Below are positions 12,701 to 25,899 of a DNA stretch of 64,000 bases, piece by piece; the first letter of the stretch is position 1, and each line of letters opens with the position of its first letter. The stretch is from Balanoglossus misakiensis (Eukaryota > Animalia > Hemichordata). Both the position numbers and the translations under genes were made by a program. The notes under the pieces are model-generated. The model was not told where the DNA came from, made no database searches, and saw only the letters and a program-made list of their open reading frames with translations. The stretch covers positions 1,090,736 through 1,154,735 of the forward strand of contig CM082596.2 in assembly GCA_040954595.2 (NCBI GenBank), read 5' to 3'.

Positions 12701-15700
12701 ATTGATATCTTACCCTGATGAAGGGACTTGCCAAGATCTGAGAAAGTTCTTTGGCGTCGGAATTTGAGGGTCGATTGCGCAAGTCATCTGCAAGCTGAAA
12801 AATGTTAAGGCATCATCAAGGTTAGATGAACATTTCTAGTCTGGTTTTTGGCAGGTGTATTGATTGTTTTTGCTTCTAAGAATCTGCTAATAGCAGTCAT
12901 CATTACTTACATCATAAGCTGTTTGGGAGGCATTTCCAACTACAGGGCATGGTTCTATTGTTTCATGTGATGAAACTTTACTGTGGATCTGAAATTAGAA
13001 TGGAAGACAGATACCTTAAAACGAAAGTTCAAATTTCTCCGAGTCCTATGTGGGGGCGCTGTGTTATCATGAAAAATTGGCCGTGTGGTTTAATATATAC
13101 AAAGCAATCTGGAATTCACAATAAATTAATTATGACTAATTTTGATTAATCATGCCACTGGAGTCACAGCTCAGCTACTAAATACATATATTTATATTAC
13201 TGCCGTGCATATAGGGTAATTTACATGGCCAAACTATTTTTTATTCATTTCGTTTTCTAATTTTAACCATATGTGACTGTAAATTATCATACTTGTATCA
13301 ACATACAATTCAATATTGAGTCATAAATTATATCTTCATACGAGGAAAGGACTTAAAATTCTCATGATTCCATCCTCTATGGAGATATGCCATCTGTATT
13401 GACATTTGCCATCTCCAACAGTAATAACTGAATATTTCTGATGAATTCCGTGAATAGTCCCTCGTAACATTCACAAACAGAAACTATAATTTGATCCAAT
13501 TTAAATCCAGTATTCCCTGCTCAATAGGAATCCAGTGTATCATTATCTCCAGAATTGATTACAATGTCCGGTTCGAAAAGAACCTCTCACAAAATTCCTT
13601 AAAGACAGTCCCTGAGTGACAGTGTGTGACACAGAAACGCAAGTCTGAAAAGACTGTCCGCTCTAATTTTAATAATTCTAACCTTTCTGTCTTTTTCTGT
13701 CAACCTTCGAACACTTTAATCAACATCATGACAATTCAGAGTCTAACATTTACAGATAACATCTTCTTTCACAGTGATTCATGAAATGCAATTATTTCTC
13801 AGGGTTTTCCCGCGGGAATTCCATGCAGTTGAGGGCAAGGAAACATGGCAAACACTTCCCAGGGTAATTTATCCAGAATAACTGTCCCGTAATAAGACTA
13901 TTTGAACTACAATTTGTATTAATGTAAAACACCCAACATTTCATTGAATATACTCTCAGACAAAGAAGGCTTCAAATGCACATCTTTGAACAAACAAATC
14001 CACATAACAAATGAATGAAATTGGAGAGACTATGATTGACATTCTTACCTTAAGCAATGCTTGAATATCCTGACTGTGAAATAAATGTTTGAGAAATATC
14101 AAATCATCTTCTCGGCCGTCGACTTTGTTCTGAAGCTGGTCTAATGATGCAAGTAATCTCTGTAAGCCTGCAATTGAAGAATGAATGATCATCAGGGCTT
14201 ATGTTTCCATGGAGAATAAGATAAACTGAGCATAACATAAATCTAGTCTTGCAGAAAATACCACCATTTTCACTGAACAACACACCCATACTCACTTGAA
14301 CTTGTCTGGCACTTTGTTGAATATTCCATAGCAACTGAGAATTATCAGAACTGAACACACACAGTAGAGAATGCCAATCAGCCACACCTTGTATTGCCCC
14401 TCATATGCAACTAATTGAATTCTAATTGAATATTTGTTAATACTTTATCCCAGTCCTTTAAGTCTCCTTAAATACCTCAAGAGTGCAGCTCTTATCAGAC
14501 ATGGATATAAATTATCATTGTCATGCTGAATTATGTACACCTTCCTTGTGAACCAGTCTGGCAGACAAAATATCGTTTTCTGAACATTTTATTGATCTTT
14601 GAGATATCTTATGTACATTGTTTAGAAATCACTTACAAGTGGAATAAGATTTTTACAGTGTAGAAGTAATATTGGGGTCAGTTTTGTTTCACAATGAGAA
14701 GGCAAAACAGCTTAGTCATAAAAAATGATCAAATTATATGAACTTGACATCACCAGTTGGTACTAGTAAATCATTTCTTAGGGCTTTACTGCAATTACTG
14801 TGAGGCTGGTAATGAATCTTGCATCGACCTGTACTGGCAATCCATCTCACTAAATTTTGGTCAGGAAAATTGATGTTTTACAGTAAACCACCCTGCAAAT
14901 TGCTTACTTCCTGTACAGAAATGAACCTTAATGGACCGAATTTTACAAAATCTAGAGTACAAATGATTTCTAAAACCAGTTCTGATGAACAGAAGGTTTC
15001 GGCAGCAATTGCACAGACATTTAGAAGCTATCTGCAGGCAATTTGCATCTGAAGTCAGTGGATTGTAAAGTTGCAAAATGTCAAATTTCTACGGCTGATA
15101 AAAAGTGAAGTCAGTGAATCAGAATTGAACTTTGGAGTTCTTCCGTAGCTCATGTTATATGTTCAGCTTTTAGTGGTTTCTGTCTTTGGATTTTTCTAAG
15201 GCTTCCAAGATGGCCGACATTTTGATGTAGACGTATTGCATGTGTCCAAGTCACACACATGATGCATGTATTCTTCCGGTCAGAGAATACGTACATGATG
15301 CAAAATACTGATTTTCAGAGAGACTGACGGTGAATGAATTGACATAACTGTTAAAAGAGGTCAAAGGTGACCCAGGCAAGCTTTTCTCTGCAGACTTTTA
15401 ATGATTTCATGGTTCACAAATTCAAAGGAATACATGAATGTTTTTGAACCACTCTTCTCGGGAAGATTACAGATGTGTCATCACTGAGAATGGGCAGATG
15501 ATCCTCTTGGGAATGGGGTCATCACAATGTAAGCCATCAGGGTACAATTTTGTGAATTCTACTAGAATACAGTTACACGTTTTCATTAAATTACCAGGTG
15601 AGAAACCCTGAGTGACCATCTTGATATCATGTTTTTCATTGATGTGAGTTACTAATGACAGGTGGACTCATTTTTCAAATGTCAGAGTTTCTGAATTTCA

Positions 15701-17005
15701 ACTACTTGCCATTCTGGAAGTACAATTCTCCAGAATATTTATTGACCTGATCACATATCAAGATCTCCACACAGCTTGACCAAATTTATTCTCCGAGTCT
15801 CCAATCAGAAGGCGGCAATGCAATTAAAGAAAAAACAACTGCTTGAAGCCAACATGCACTCTCATTGAGGAAACTATATCAGGGTGTTAATCAAGCTAAG
15901 AGGAAACCGTCTCAGAAACACGGCTAGAGTACCAACAAACATCACAAATCTCTAGCATCCCGTTAGGCAATCAGTCTAAAATATACTGCCTGCGTTTTAA
16001 ACTCACAGGGTGCCTTTTTAGCTAAATTTGAAAACTTTCTGATTAGATAGACATTCAGGTACTGAGTATATCAGTGATAAACAGAACAGTTGCCATGGGC
16101 ATTAATGCTAACATAAACTCCTGAATGTCAATCCGTTATTTCTTATTCATGCAATCAATAAAAGTTTGATTTTGTTAACGGGACCACTTTAATGTCAACC
16201 ATGCAACCATAAATAAAACTGGAAAACATTAAGTGTGCACACTAATCCTTTAGTGCGTAAAATTTTGATTGAAATTTTTTTGGGATATTTTGTACAATTT
16301 CTTGGTTCCATAAAATAGTGTGTGGTTAAAATTCAAGCGATATTCTCAAAGTTAAATGTCTTCGTTCTAATGTAGTTCCTGGCTCACCATTCAAGGGACT
16401 AATGAGAAAACAGTGACAGTTGTGAATGGGCGAAAAACAGCCAAGCCATATCCTGGGAATTTCACTGTAATGGAATGGCTGACAGGTTGTGTGTGATGGA
16501 ACCTGTTGAATAACTGTGGCACCATGGGAATCAAACCACGCTCTCCGTGATAATGAATGCAATGATTACAAGTGAAAGGAGCTAATTAGGACAGAATTCA
16601 CAGGGGATATTCGTCAACCAACCTTTTCTAACCTTATTACCTTACTGCTTTCAATGCTTTGCAAGTCAGAAAACATGAAGCATATTACTGTAAAAAGCTT
16701 CAACCTAGAGGTGTATAAGCGGTGTTGTGATTCATGGAGATTGACTGTAAATGCTCGTATGCCTACATTGTTTATGGTGATCTTATTAAATTCCAAAATA
16801 TTATTATAATTATTTGAAAATTGAAAGACTAATCTGCACATAGGTTATCAAGAAATTATAGGGGCATTTTTGGGTGATACTACACAGACAGTAAAATAAG
16901 TAGCCATGACAAATCCTGCATATGATGCAATAATTAGAACTTACCAGGATCATGTTTTGATGGTGTGGGTGATGATGGTGTTGAACTAGCAGCCAATGCT
17001 GGCAT
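9755..17005 (-). CDS. MPP7: MAGUK p55 subfamily member, MPP7/MPP3-type (L27-L27-PDZ-SH3-HOOK-guanylate kinase-like)
   Basis: Start MPALAASS at 17005 (vertebrate MPP7 begins MPALS). Coding exons ~16945-17005, 14049-14167, 12911-12988, 12714-12794, 12400-12528, 12039-12206 ([31 protein letters not shown]), 11802-11876, 11352-11600 (SH3 [18 protein letters not shown]), GuK exons ~10088-11231 ([13 protein letters not shown]), last exon 9755-9931 ending WVPLVWVR*. Confidence 0.93.
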
Positions 17006-20000
17006 ATTAGGTGAAGGATAGATAGGATACCGGGTTGAACTGTTTGGAGAGGGTTCTAAATCTGCTCTTAGTGACGTTGAATACTCCAGGGTGGTTTTCC
17101 AGTGGGATTTACATCATAATGTGGGGGGGGAGCTAGAGTTGTCTTTGATTGCACAGATATCTGAAGAGAGAACAAAATAAGATTATTGTTAGTATTTATA
17201 GAAATTTGGACATATTGCAGAAATTGCAGAATTGCTGAAACGCATTAATCATGGTAGTGACTGCTTTCTAAGCAACACACTGCCACATTCTCTGATGTGG
17301 GCAGGACAAGAAACATGCACCATCTACCCAGGTTATCTGTTTTACTGGAAATTACTGGAAAGAAAGTCACGCTCGTAACATCAAACGATTTTACCTGCTG
17401 GCACTTAAAACATTCTGATTACACTACAGAGCTGAAAGTCTCTTTCACTACCTGCAAAGCTTTCCTGAGCTGACCCTGTTAGGAATCTTTCATGTGTGTG
17501 AACAGCCCACATACATCCATGGTACAGCCATCTCAACTGCTTTCTACTGACTTGTGGTTTTGATCACTCAAGATTCCAAGAAATGATCAGATGAATAATC
17601 AGAGAAACAGTCCTTCCATTGGTAATCAATATCCATTTAAACAGTAATATGCTAATGATGTACGATAGCACAGACCCGACTATTTATGGTACTCCCTAAC
17701 AAGCTGCTATTTCTGCAGATGAATACATAACTGAGCTGAAACTGCCCGAATCATTTCAATGCTTACTTTAATATATCATTATATCAAGTTTGACACTGTA
17801 GCATTTCTTAACAATGAAAAATGATTCAAATCTTGCAGCAAGATGAAATATTAACACTAAGGAGTCCCTGGAAAGACAGTTTCAGCAGAATGGTGAATAC
17901 CAGAGTCTCTGGGGATTGGACTTCAACTTATTGTTGCTATTCAACTGTGCTGATTCCATATGCAGTCACAGTCACAGCTCCTAACAGTCACAATTTCGTA
18001 TTCTTGCTGCAGTATGTGCATTCATTTGCAACTTCTCGCTCCAATGAGACATGTCAAGCTCGTGTTTAACACTGCATGAAAAAACACTTTACAACTCTTC
18101 AGGTAGGATGCGATGTTCATAAATTAGTCGGAAGATTTTTCTGAATATTTTGTGATGTACAATAGAGGGGCTATAATTGTCCCTTGTCAAGCATTGTAAC
18201 AGTCACATCGCCCAGTTCACTCTCATATTTTCTCTTCAAACCGTGCCCCAATCAATGTATGATTTCACGACACACAGTAAAAAGCTTGTGTTCCTGCAAT
18301 TGTAAACATATTCATTCATCTTGAATATCACTCTCCATTGTGCATACATGTAAAGAGCCTCCAACAGCTTGTTCTACTTCCTCCAATACAAATATTGCTA
18401 ATAGACACAGCTGCTCACAGTCACATCTCCACAGATTCCCACTAGAAATTGAATTACTCTCAATTTCCTGCTGTAGTACAAGACGATCTCTGATAAGTCT
18501 TTTAAGATATATATGACTGGCATCTATGCCTTTAATTCAAGACGGCTATGATGAAGATACGTGTTACGATTAAATTCCCAGATAATTCATATTCTGTCAC
18601 TACATGCAAGTTACATCATACACATGTATGTATCGCAACATACATAGGCAATCACAGAAACTCATTCAGTAATCCCAATACATCTGAACATGAACACAAA
18701 CGGCATATCTAATGAATCAACCATGTTCAGTACAGTAGGCTAGTTCCATTAAACACAGACTTTACCCGATTATTCATCAGAAATCTTACATGCGACTTAG
18801 GGTGCCAGGATTACCCAAGGAAATCCTAAGAAAATTGGCCTGTCACTGTACCCCCTAGATGAATCACTAATAAGAACTCGGATCGATCATTGTATGACTG
18901 TATGGTGACAGTTGTATTCAAGTTATACTCGGGTGTAATTTGGATTGATTTGTTCAAAATCTTGCGTAAACTTGTAAAATTTGTTGTTCAATAAGCTCTC
19001 ATTATTTGCTGGCAAGCAAAGATCTACATTTTCATTTCATATAATTAGTAAAATGTGGCTATTTCAGCAACTTGTTTCACATCTTTCTAAAAATAAAAAT
19101 ATGACCCGATTTATTTTACAGAAACATAAAACAGGCAACAAAATGAATATAAAACAGCACCTATTTATAGCTGTCTGCTAACAGAACATTGGAACAAGCT
19201 ACACCCTGGATGGAACAATTAAGCCCTGCACTCCTTCGCTGACTTTCAAACCTTGATATATCCATTGTGACATTTCCTATCTTCTCATGCACTGTCGCTA
19301 TTCTCACAGGATTCAAAAAGGTCAATCAAATTCTCAAAAGACAACCCCTCAAGAAAGATGACTAATATCACAGAATATCAACTAGGGTCACCAAAAAATA
19401 CTCCCTTATAAAATGTTATTTGAGTCAGACTTATTTTTAAAAATTACATTCCCTGCATGTGCTTGTCTCCACAGTTTATCCATAACTCTACGTTCTTGAA
19501 TTTAATTATCTCGCATTGTTTTATTGCTATAATCAAATTAATTTTTAAATTAAAACTACCAGTAAATAAATTACACATCCTCAATGAAACACAACCCAAA
19601 GTGTAACTGTAAATGCAGATTATCACGGTTATCATGAGGGGTCTTTTTCAAGCAATGTCCAAACAACCCTCTTCACTTCAGTCAGATGAGGCTTGGTTCA
19701 GACAGGTGTTGATAAGACTAGTACTCATGTTATCGCTCTCCTTGATGAGATGTTTATGTAGTATTCGCTTATCCAATAGAAAATGGTTTAACATACTGTA
19801 GATGAAATGGCAATTGTCCATGCACCTCTGAAATCCTAGTGTCATAGGGCAATTTCATGTTTTGGTGTTTAAAATAAATGAAGACCTTCCCATTCATAGT
19901 ACTGTGTCAGTTGTTGACAGTTGTGCTGCTCATCAACCATCAGTTGTGGAAGTATAAAGTGCATCCTGTATACTGATGTCTTGATCTCACATCGTCAACC

Positions 20001-23000
20001 ATTAATATCACAAAGAGAATAAGTGATGTACAAATAATCTGCAAATAACCTTTTGAACTCTTCATTATACACTGATGAATTGTTCTGACATCTGAGGCTA
20101 AGAGTAGTAATTGGTTGAACACATTTTAAATTAGGATCTCCCAACTGAGAATCAGCCATTGGGCACATTTACAAGCATTTACATTTGACCCAGTCACTTT
20201 CTTACATAAAGTCTCTTTTTAGTTCAAGAAAATTCAATTGGAATGCAAGTACGGCTGTGTTTACAAAGGTACTGATGATTCAAAACAAATGTGCCATTAA
20301 GGTAGCCATGTATCAATCTGCTGTTTGCAAGCGCAATGCACAGTGACACAACAGCTCATCCAATCCATCAATGATGAATGAGGGTTTGATCTGCGTGACC
20401 TCACCTGTCATTGCTGGTGTGTACTGATGAAGCAACAATGAACTTGAAGATATAAACAGTGTTTGTATTTGAAATTTTAACATCATCATAGGCACAAGCA
20501 AGGAAGAAAGTAAATATCTTTTATTCCAAACCTGTAAATTTATCTTGCCATAATATCACTGACTATTCATCTGTTGCAATGATTGGTTTTTATGTGCACA
20601 TATGGTACCATGACCCAAAGTTTCAACTAGCTTATCAGTGTCTAGAATCCCGCATTACGTCAGTGGTAAGACTTAATGTGATGTTGGATCTTTGTTTCTA
20701 ATCTTCTACATACTTTACTACTTAAGTGATTCTGTTCATCTGTGTGTAGATGGGCCATATGGTCAGTCTGAAGTCGATGATTACCAGTACTCAGACAAGC
20801 CTGAATTTACAATGCCCAAATGAAAGAAGTCTTCAAGAGTACTGGAATGACATAAGACACTGGTCAGCCAACCTGATCAGATGTCAAACTTTTGTTGACC
20901 GTGGCCTGTTTGCAGGAGACAAAGAACATTGTGTCGCTAAACAATGAAAGCTGTTTAATCTGCAACATGATGATGCAATCCTATGAAGTGGGTACATCAA
21001 TTCTATGGTGTGTGTAACAAAACACATATTGACTGGATATATTCAGGTAACAGCATGAAGTCTTCCCTTGGTCATGTGAGTCACCCACAAATGTCTATTT
21101 CCCTAGGAAACAGACTCTTTTGGAGAGACTCAACTTTCCTTTGACTAGACTGATGATCTGTCCCCAGACATTCTCCCTGACCACATCTGTAGGAACACTT
21201 GTGGTGGAAGGAACATTAAATCTTAGTGTGAAACGAAACTCTTGTACCAGTTGATATCAGGAAATTGGGCGTCTCGTAGAACACTTGTGATGAAGACCTA
21301 CAAGTGCAATGTACAGTCATGGTACCAGTGAAATGAAAGCCTGCTGGTACTGACCTGCGGCAACAGGAAGTTGGGTGCCTCCATATGTCAAACCTCGAGA
21401 TATATTTAACAGATGTACTGGTATACACATGGACAGGCTCTTAATTTATGTACACTGGCTGAAACAAATGCATGTATGACTGGCGTATTCAGTTTCGATC
21501 ATAGTGGCACACCCATGTACAGAGTAGTTTACCATGGCACTTTCATGTATGTGTTTGTGCACATGTTGAAAATGTAACTACGTGTACACACACACTAACC
21601 TGATTTGTATGCATGAGACAGATGCATGAATATCTATATTGAATTTTACTAACATCTCCACAATCTCAAAATAGATATCATCTACGGTGGTATTATCGTA
21701 ACTAGGTTGACCCATGGCAGGTGCAGGAATGTCTAAGGACAATACAAACACAAATTTTCAGCCTTCTAGATTTATATTTTTGTTTTGTAGGGCAAGTGTG
21801 GCGTAAACAAAGTGTATACTTACTGTGATACTAGTACAAGGTACATGGATATGGTCACTCAAAGGGTCTGCTGTTTGGATCTGCTGGTACCTCAGTACCG
21901 GCCAGTACAATCACAACTCTATACAAGACTCACCATATATATTAGTAACTTCACCAACAGAATACACTATCACTTTCAGCACAAACTGTAAACCAGACTT
22001 TCCCTGTATCCATTTCTTTGACTCGATCGTTACAAACAAGTTGATATCTCCATAACAAAGCTTTGCAGTGACCACAGTCGCTGGGCTTAAGGGTGGTAGA
22101 ATTGAGAAAGTGTAACGCTGCGCAAACACATGAACACAAGCCTGTATTACATGCACATGTCAACACGATCTAAGGTTTCCTTTGTGTGCTTCCAGAAGTA
22201 TACATTGCTGACCTTTATCTATCCTGTGATGAATCACTATACTGGTTGTGGCTTCAAGGCTGCTATGTGAATATGATCTCTCTATGCCATAATGATCAAC
22301 AAAAACAGTCCAGATCATGATTCTTTCTATCCCAGTTGAAAGACCACTTTGGGAAGCTCAGCACGAATAGAAATACTGATGTATGTGTTCTGCACATAAT
22401 ATATCACATCTCTAGAAACTCTTACTTCATTTCATCGACGGCTGAAATAATTCACAATTGGCAGTAATGGTTCTCATATTTCCCCTGCATCAGGATATTA
22501 CACATATAACATTTCAGCTTGTCACTGTAGCCTGTCCTTTCTCATTTTTCATAACATACCTCACCACACTTGCTTAATTACATTACCCACTGAAGCACGG
22601 TGTTTGTAATGTTTGCAGTTTTATGAGCGAGCTTCGACAGGTTATCAACACACAGTCCAATTACACATTAATTTTTCACTTACTAATCCATCAGTAAATT
22701 TTTCTGGCATTCACCTGCTGTAGTCACGAACGCCGCATAGACAGCTTTTCTGAGAAAATCGCTCTGAATCATTACAGGGCATCAAAATTCCAGTATTTTG
22801 AATAATGTATATTTCTAAGTATGAATATTCATGATCATTTTAACAATATTCAGGATATTGAGATTCAGAGTTGTGGACCTCATCTTTGATTAAGATGAAT
22901 GTATAAATGCATTTTCTTACAGCAATAAATTAATGTACAGAATATTGTGATGCTGTGTTCTCCTGAGTTGAGGATTTGAGTAAATATCTGTCAGGTCAAC

Positions 23001-25547
23001 CAGGCCTATAGAACATAAGGTACAGTTGTTCCCTAGTCTTGTCTTTGTCCTGATGAATTTTCAGAATTTTTATTCTACAGTAATATTCTTTGTAAAATGG
23101 ACATGCTCCAAAAAGTGCGAAACAAACCAAACACATCTCATACATGAAGTCAGCTGAAGTTCTTTCATCAGAAATTCCATCTGAAAGGGACACAGTAATT
23201 CAATAAAAGCAACAAAACACACACACACAAACCAAAGTGATATCAGCTACCTCTCATGCAGAAATCAAGATCTGACTACAGCCATTTATCTCGCAGAACT
23301 TTTATTAGCATCTAACACAATATCTGCAACAATCACCTAATCTTGTGTAATTATCTGACTCATAATTCCAATCGATATTTCATCCTAAATCATTTACGAT
23401 AAAACCGAACAAATTGCTTCCTCAAAGACTGATTAGCAGTGCTTACCAAGAAATGCTATTTATCATATTTGCAAATTAATGTTCTCAAGAATTTTCAGGC
23501 CAGTGTAATTTTTCACCCAGACCTTATCTATGACAGGAGTCGGACCGTATCGATCGTAAAGAGAACCCTGGGAGATTCACTTGCAAGGCAGACCTGTAGG
23601 GTTTCAATGCAAAGATTATAAAATGACATAATACAGATAATACAGCCACCTACAGAGGAAATGTCAAGTCACTTCCTGGATTTCACTGAAGCGGAAAATT
23701 GCCACAACTAGAAACATGACACCTTTGCTTTGAAATTGTGAGTCATGAAATACATCAGGAACAATGAGGTTCTTTCAGTTTCAGCATTCACTGGGTGTGC
23801 CGATAACATAAAATATTTCAAGGCGAGTAAATTCTGCTTTCGCCATAATACTGGTAATGCTAATTTCGCAAGAGCCAGGCATTTGCTAAGAATAAGATAC
23901 AGCTTACTCAAAACTGACATTTATTTATTTTCTTCATTTGTAAATTGTGTCTGCAAACATTTGCTGGTAAAATGTTGATACCAGCCCCACTTACAGCAAC
24001 ATAAAAGTCAGTCAAAACCATTCAGGTCTAATGGATCTTGCTGCTTGTATCAAGTTATCATTGAGCCTACATAAATGTACAATATCACAAGCCGCATCAC
24101 ACAATCATTACTGCAGCTTTATCAGTAAGTATCTCCAAATAACCCTGATATGCTCTGATGGAGTATTATAAGCACACCACTTACATTTTCCACCCTGATA
24201 TCATGACTAATAAATCTAGAAATCAGACAAAAAGCAAATATATTACAGCTAATGTCTCTAGAAATTTAAGGTATTTCCATTTAATCTGCCTGGAAAATCA
24301 GATATATTACGATAATTTCCCAAGCAATCAAAGATCAAATGATTTTTATGATTTGGAGAACTAGTCTAATAGGAAAAGAAAAATAATATTCAGATACATA
24401 ATTAAATCATAGACACTATGATTAAATGAACTCGTTTTTTCAATAATTGAGAAAGAATAAGACTATCCGCTTTCAGTGATATTGTGGAAAGCGAAGACTA
24501 AAATTGACTAAAAGTAAAAAAAAAATTTAGCTCACAATATTGAGGAAAGAGTTTTTATGTATTAAATTTACATAATTATGGTCATGACCTTATCAATGGT
24601 TTACAAGCTAGGATCACTCTAGGGGTCATGACCTTGACTCAGCCTTGGACTTGGGGTCACACACCACTTGTAGTTTGGAATCCAGACTGGCAAACACGTC
24701 CGGATTCCAGACTGCACCACTTGTGAATTAAGAATTTCAGCTGCTATAACCAAAGATCATATGAAACACTGACAGTTGAAAAGGAAAAAAGAAAAAAGGA
24801 GAATCTAGAAATATGAAATAAACATCAATTCTGGCAACATTTCATTATAGTTACATATACACATCCCCGTGGGTTTTTAAATCTATACAGATCTAAATTG
24901 GACTCATCAAATGATCAATGGGTGTAAAAAAAATATTTAAAATAACAATAATTACAGAAATATTATACAAACAAACAAAGGCAATGATTTGCTTTACCAT
25001 CTAAAGACTTGCAAGTGTGAAATTAATTTTTAAAGTACACTTTTGCTGTACAATCGCAAGTAAATTTGTACATAGCAGAAATATACAGTACTAGCACAAC
25101 AGAAAGTGTCTACCTCCAATGTATGTCCTTTTCAAGAAATTAATCATTATTGAATGATTCACTAGTGAATCACAATCCAAGCAAACTGATAAATTACTAC
25201 AGGATATAAACATTAAGAAACTATGTGTTGTGTATAATGTACACTCTCTTTTATTTTGACACACACACTTTGATCCGCGGAGGCAGATCGTAAAATCCAC
25301 TTGCTTCGATCATGGAGGTAGTAACCGAGTGTACGTGTGATCAAAGTGTCCATACACTAACACTATTGCCGAAACAATAACATACAATGTAGCACTGTCT
25401 TCACTCAGTGCTGTGTGACGATCGCGTGTACTTTGAGTCAATCAAATAATACATTTCGTTGAACACTACCCAAACATTGCTCATTCGCTTGTGCGATCTT
25501 AAAATTAAACTTTGTAATAGCACGAAAATGTAAAAAAATCCACTCAC

Positions 25548-25899
25548 CTACAGCCTGATAGATCCTTGATCATGTCAGTTTCGCTCCATCTTGAATTAGA
25601 AAATCACGTGACTAGGAATCCTTATTGGACGCGACCATTTTGTGTCAGGTGGTTGCAGGTTGCTAAGGGATTCCGATCTCGTTCCGAACGGTAAAAGGAC
25701 TTTTCGGCTGCACTCGGGACTAGCCGAACGAAGTCGAACGTATCCGAACTATTTCGATTTCCTGCAGCGGTTCCCGTATGTGTCATGGCGTCCTCCCCAC
25801 CTTGTTGAGATGCACTGTGTTGTGGAGTCGAATAGTTAAAATTTTCACGATTTGTTAGGCGCATTTGCCCTGAAATCGACTCCATATATACTAGCATTA
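25548..25899. promoter_or_regulatory. Putative bidirectional promoter of MPP7-like (non-coding first exon) and WAC
   Basis: Minus-strand donor AG|GTGAGT at ~25547; E-box TCACGTGA 25604-25611; ATTGG (CCAAT box) 25624-25628; CpG-rich; WAC ATG at 25900. Confidence 0.6.
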
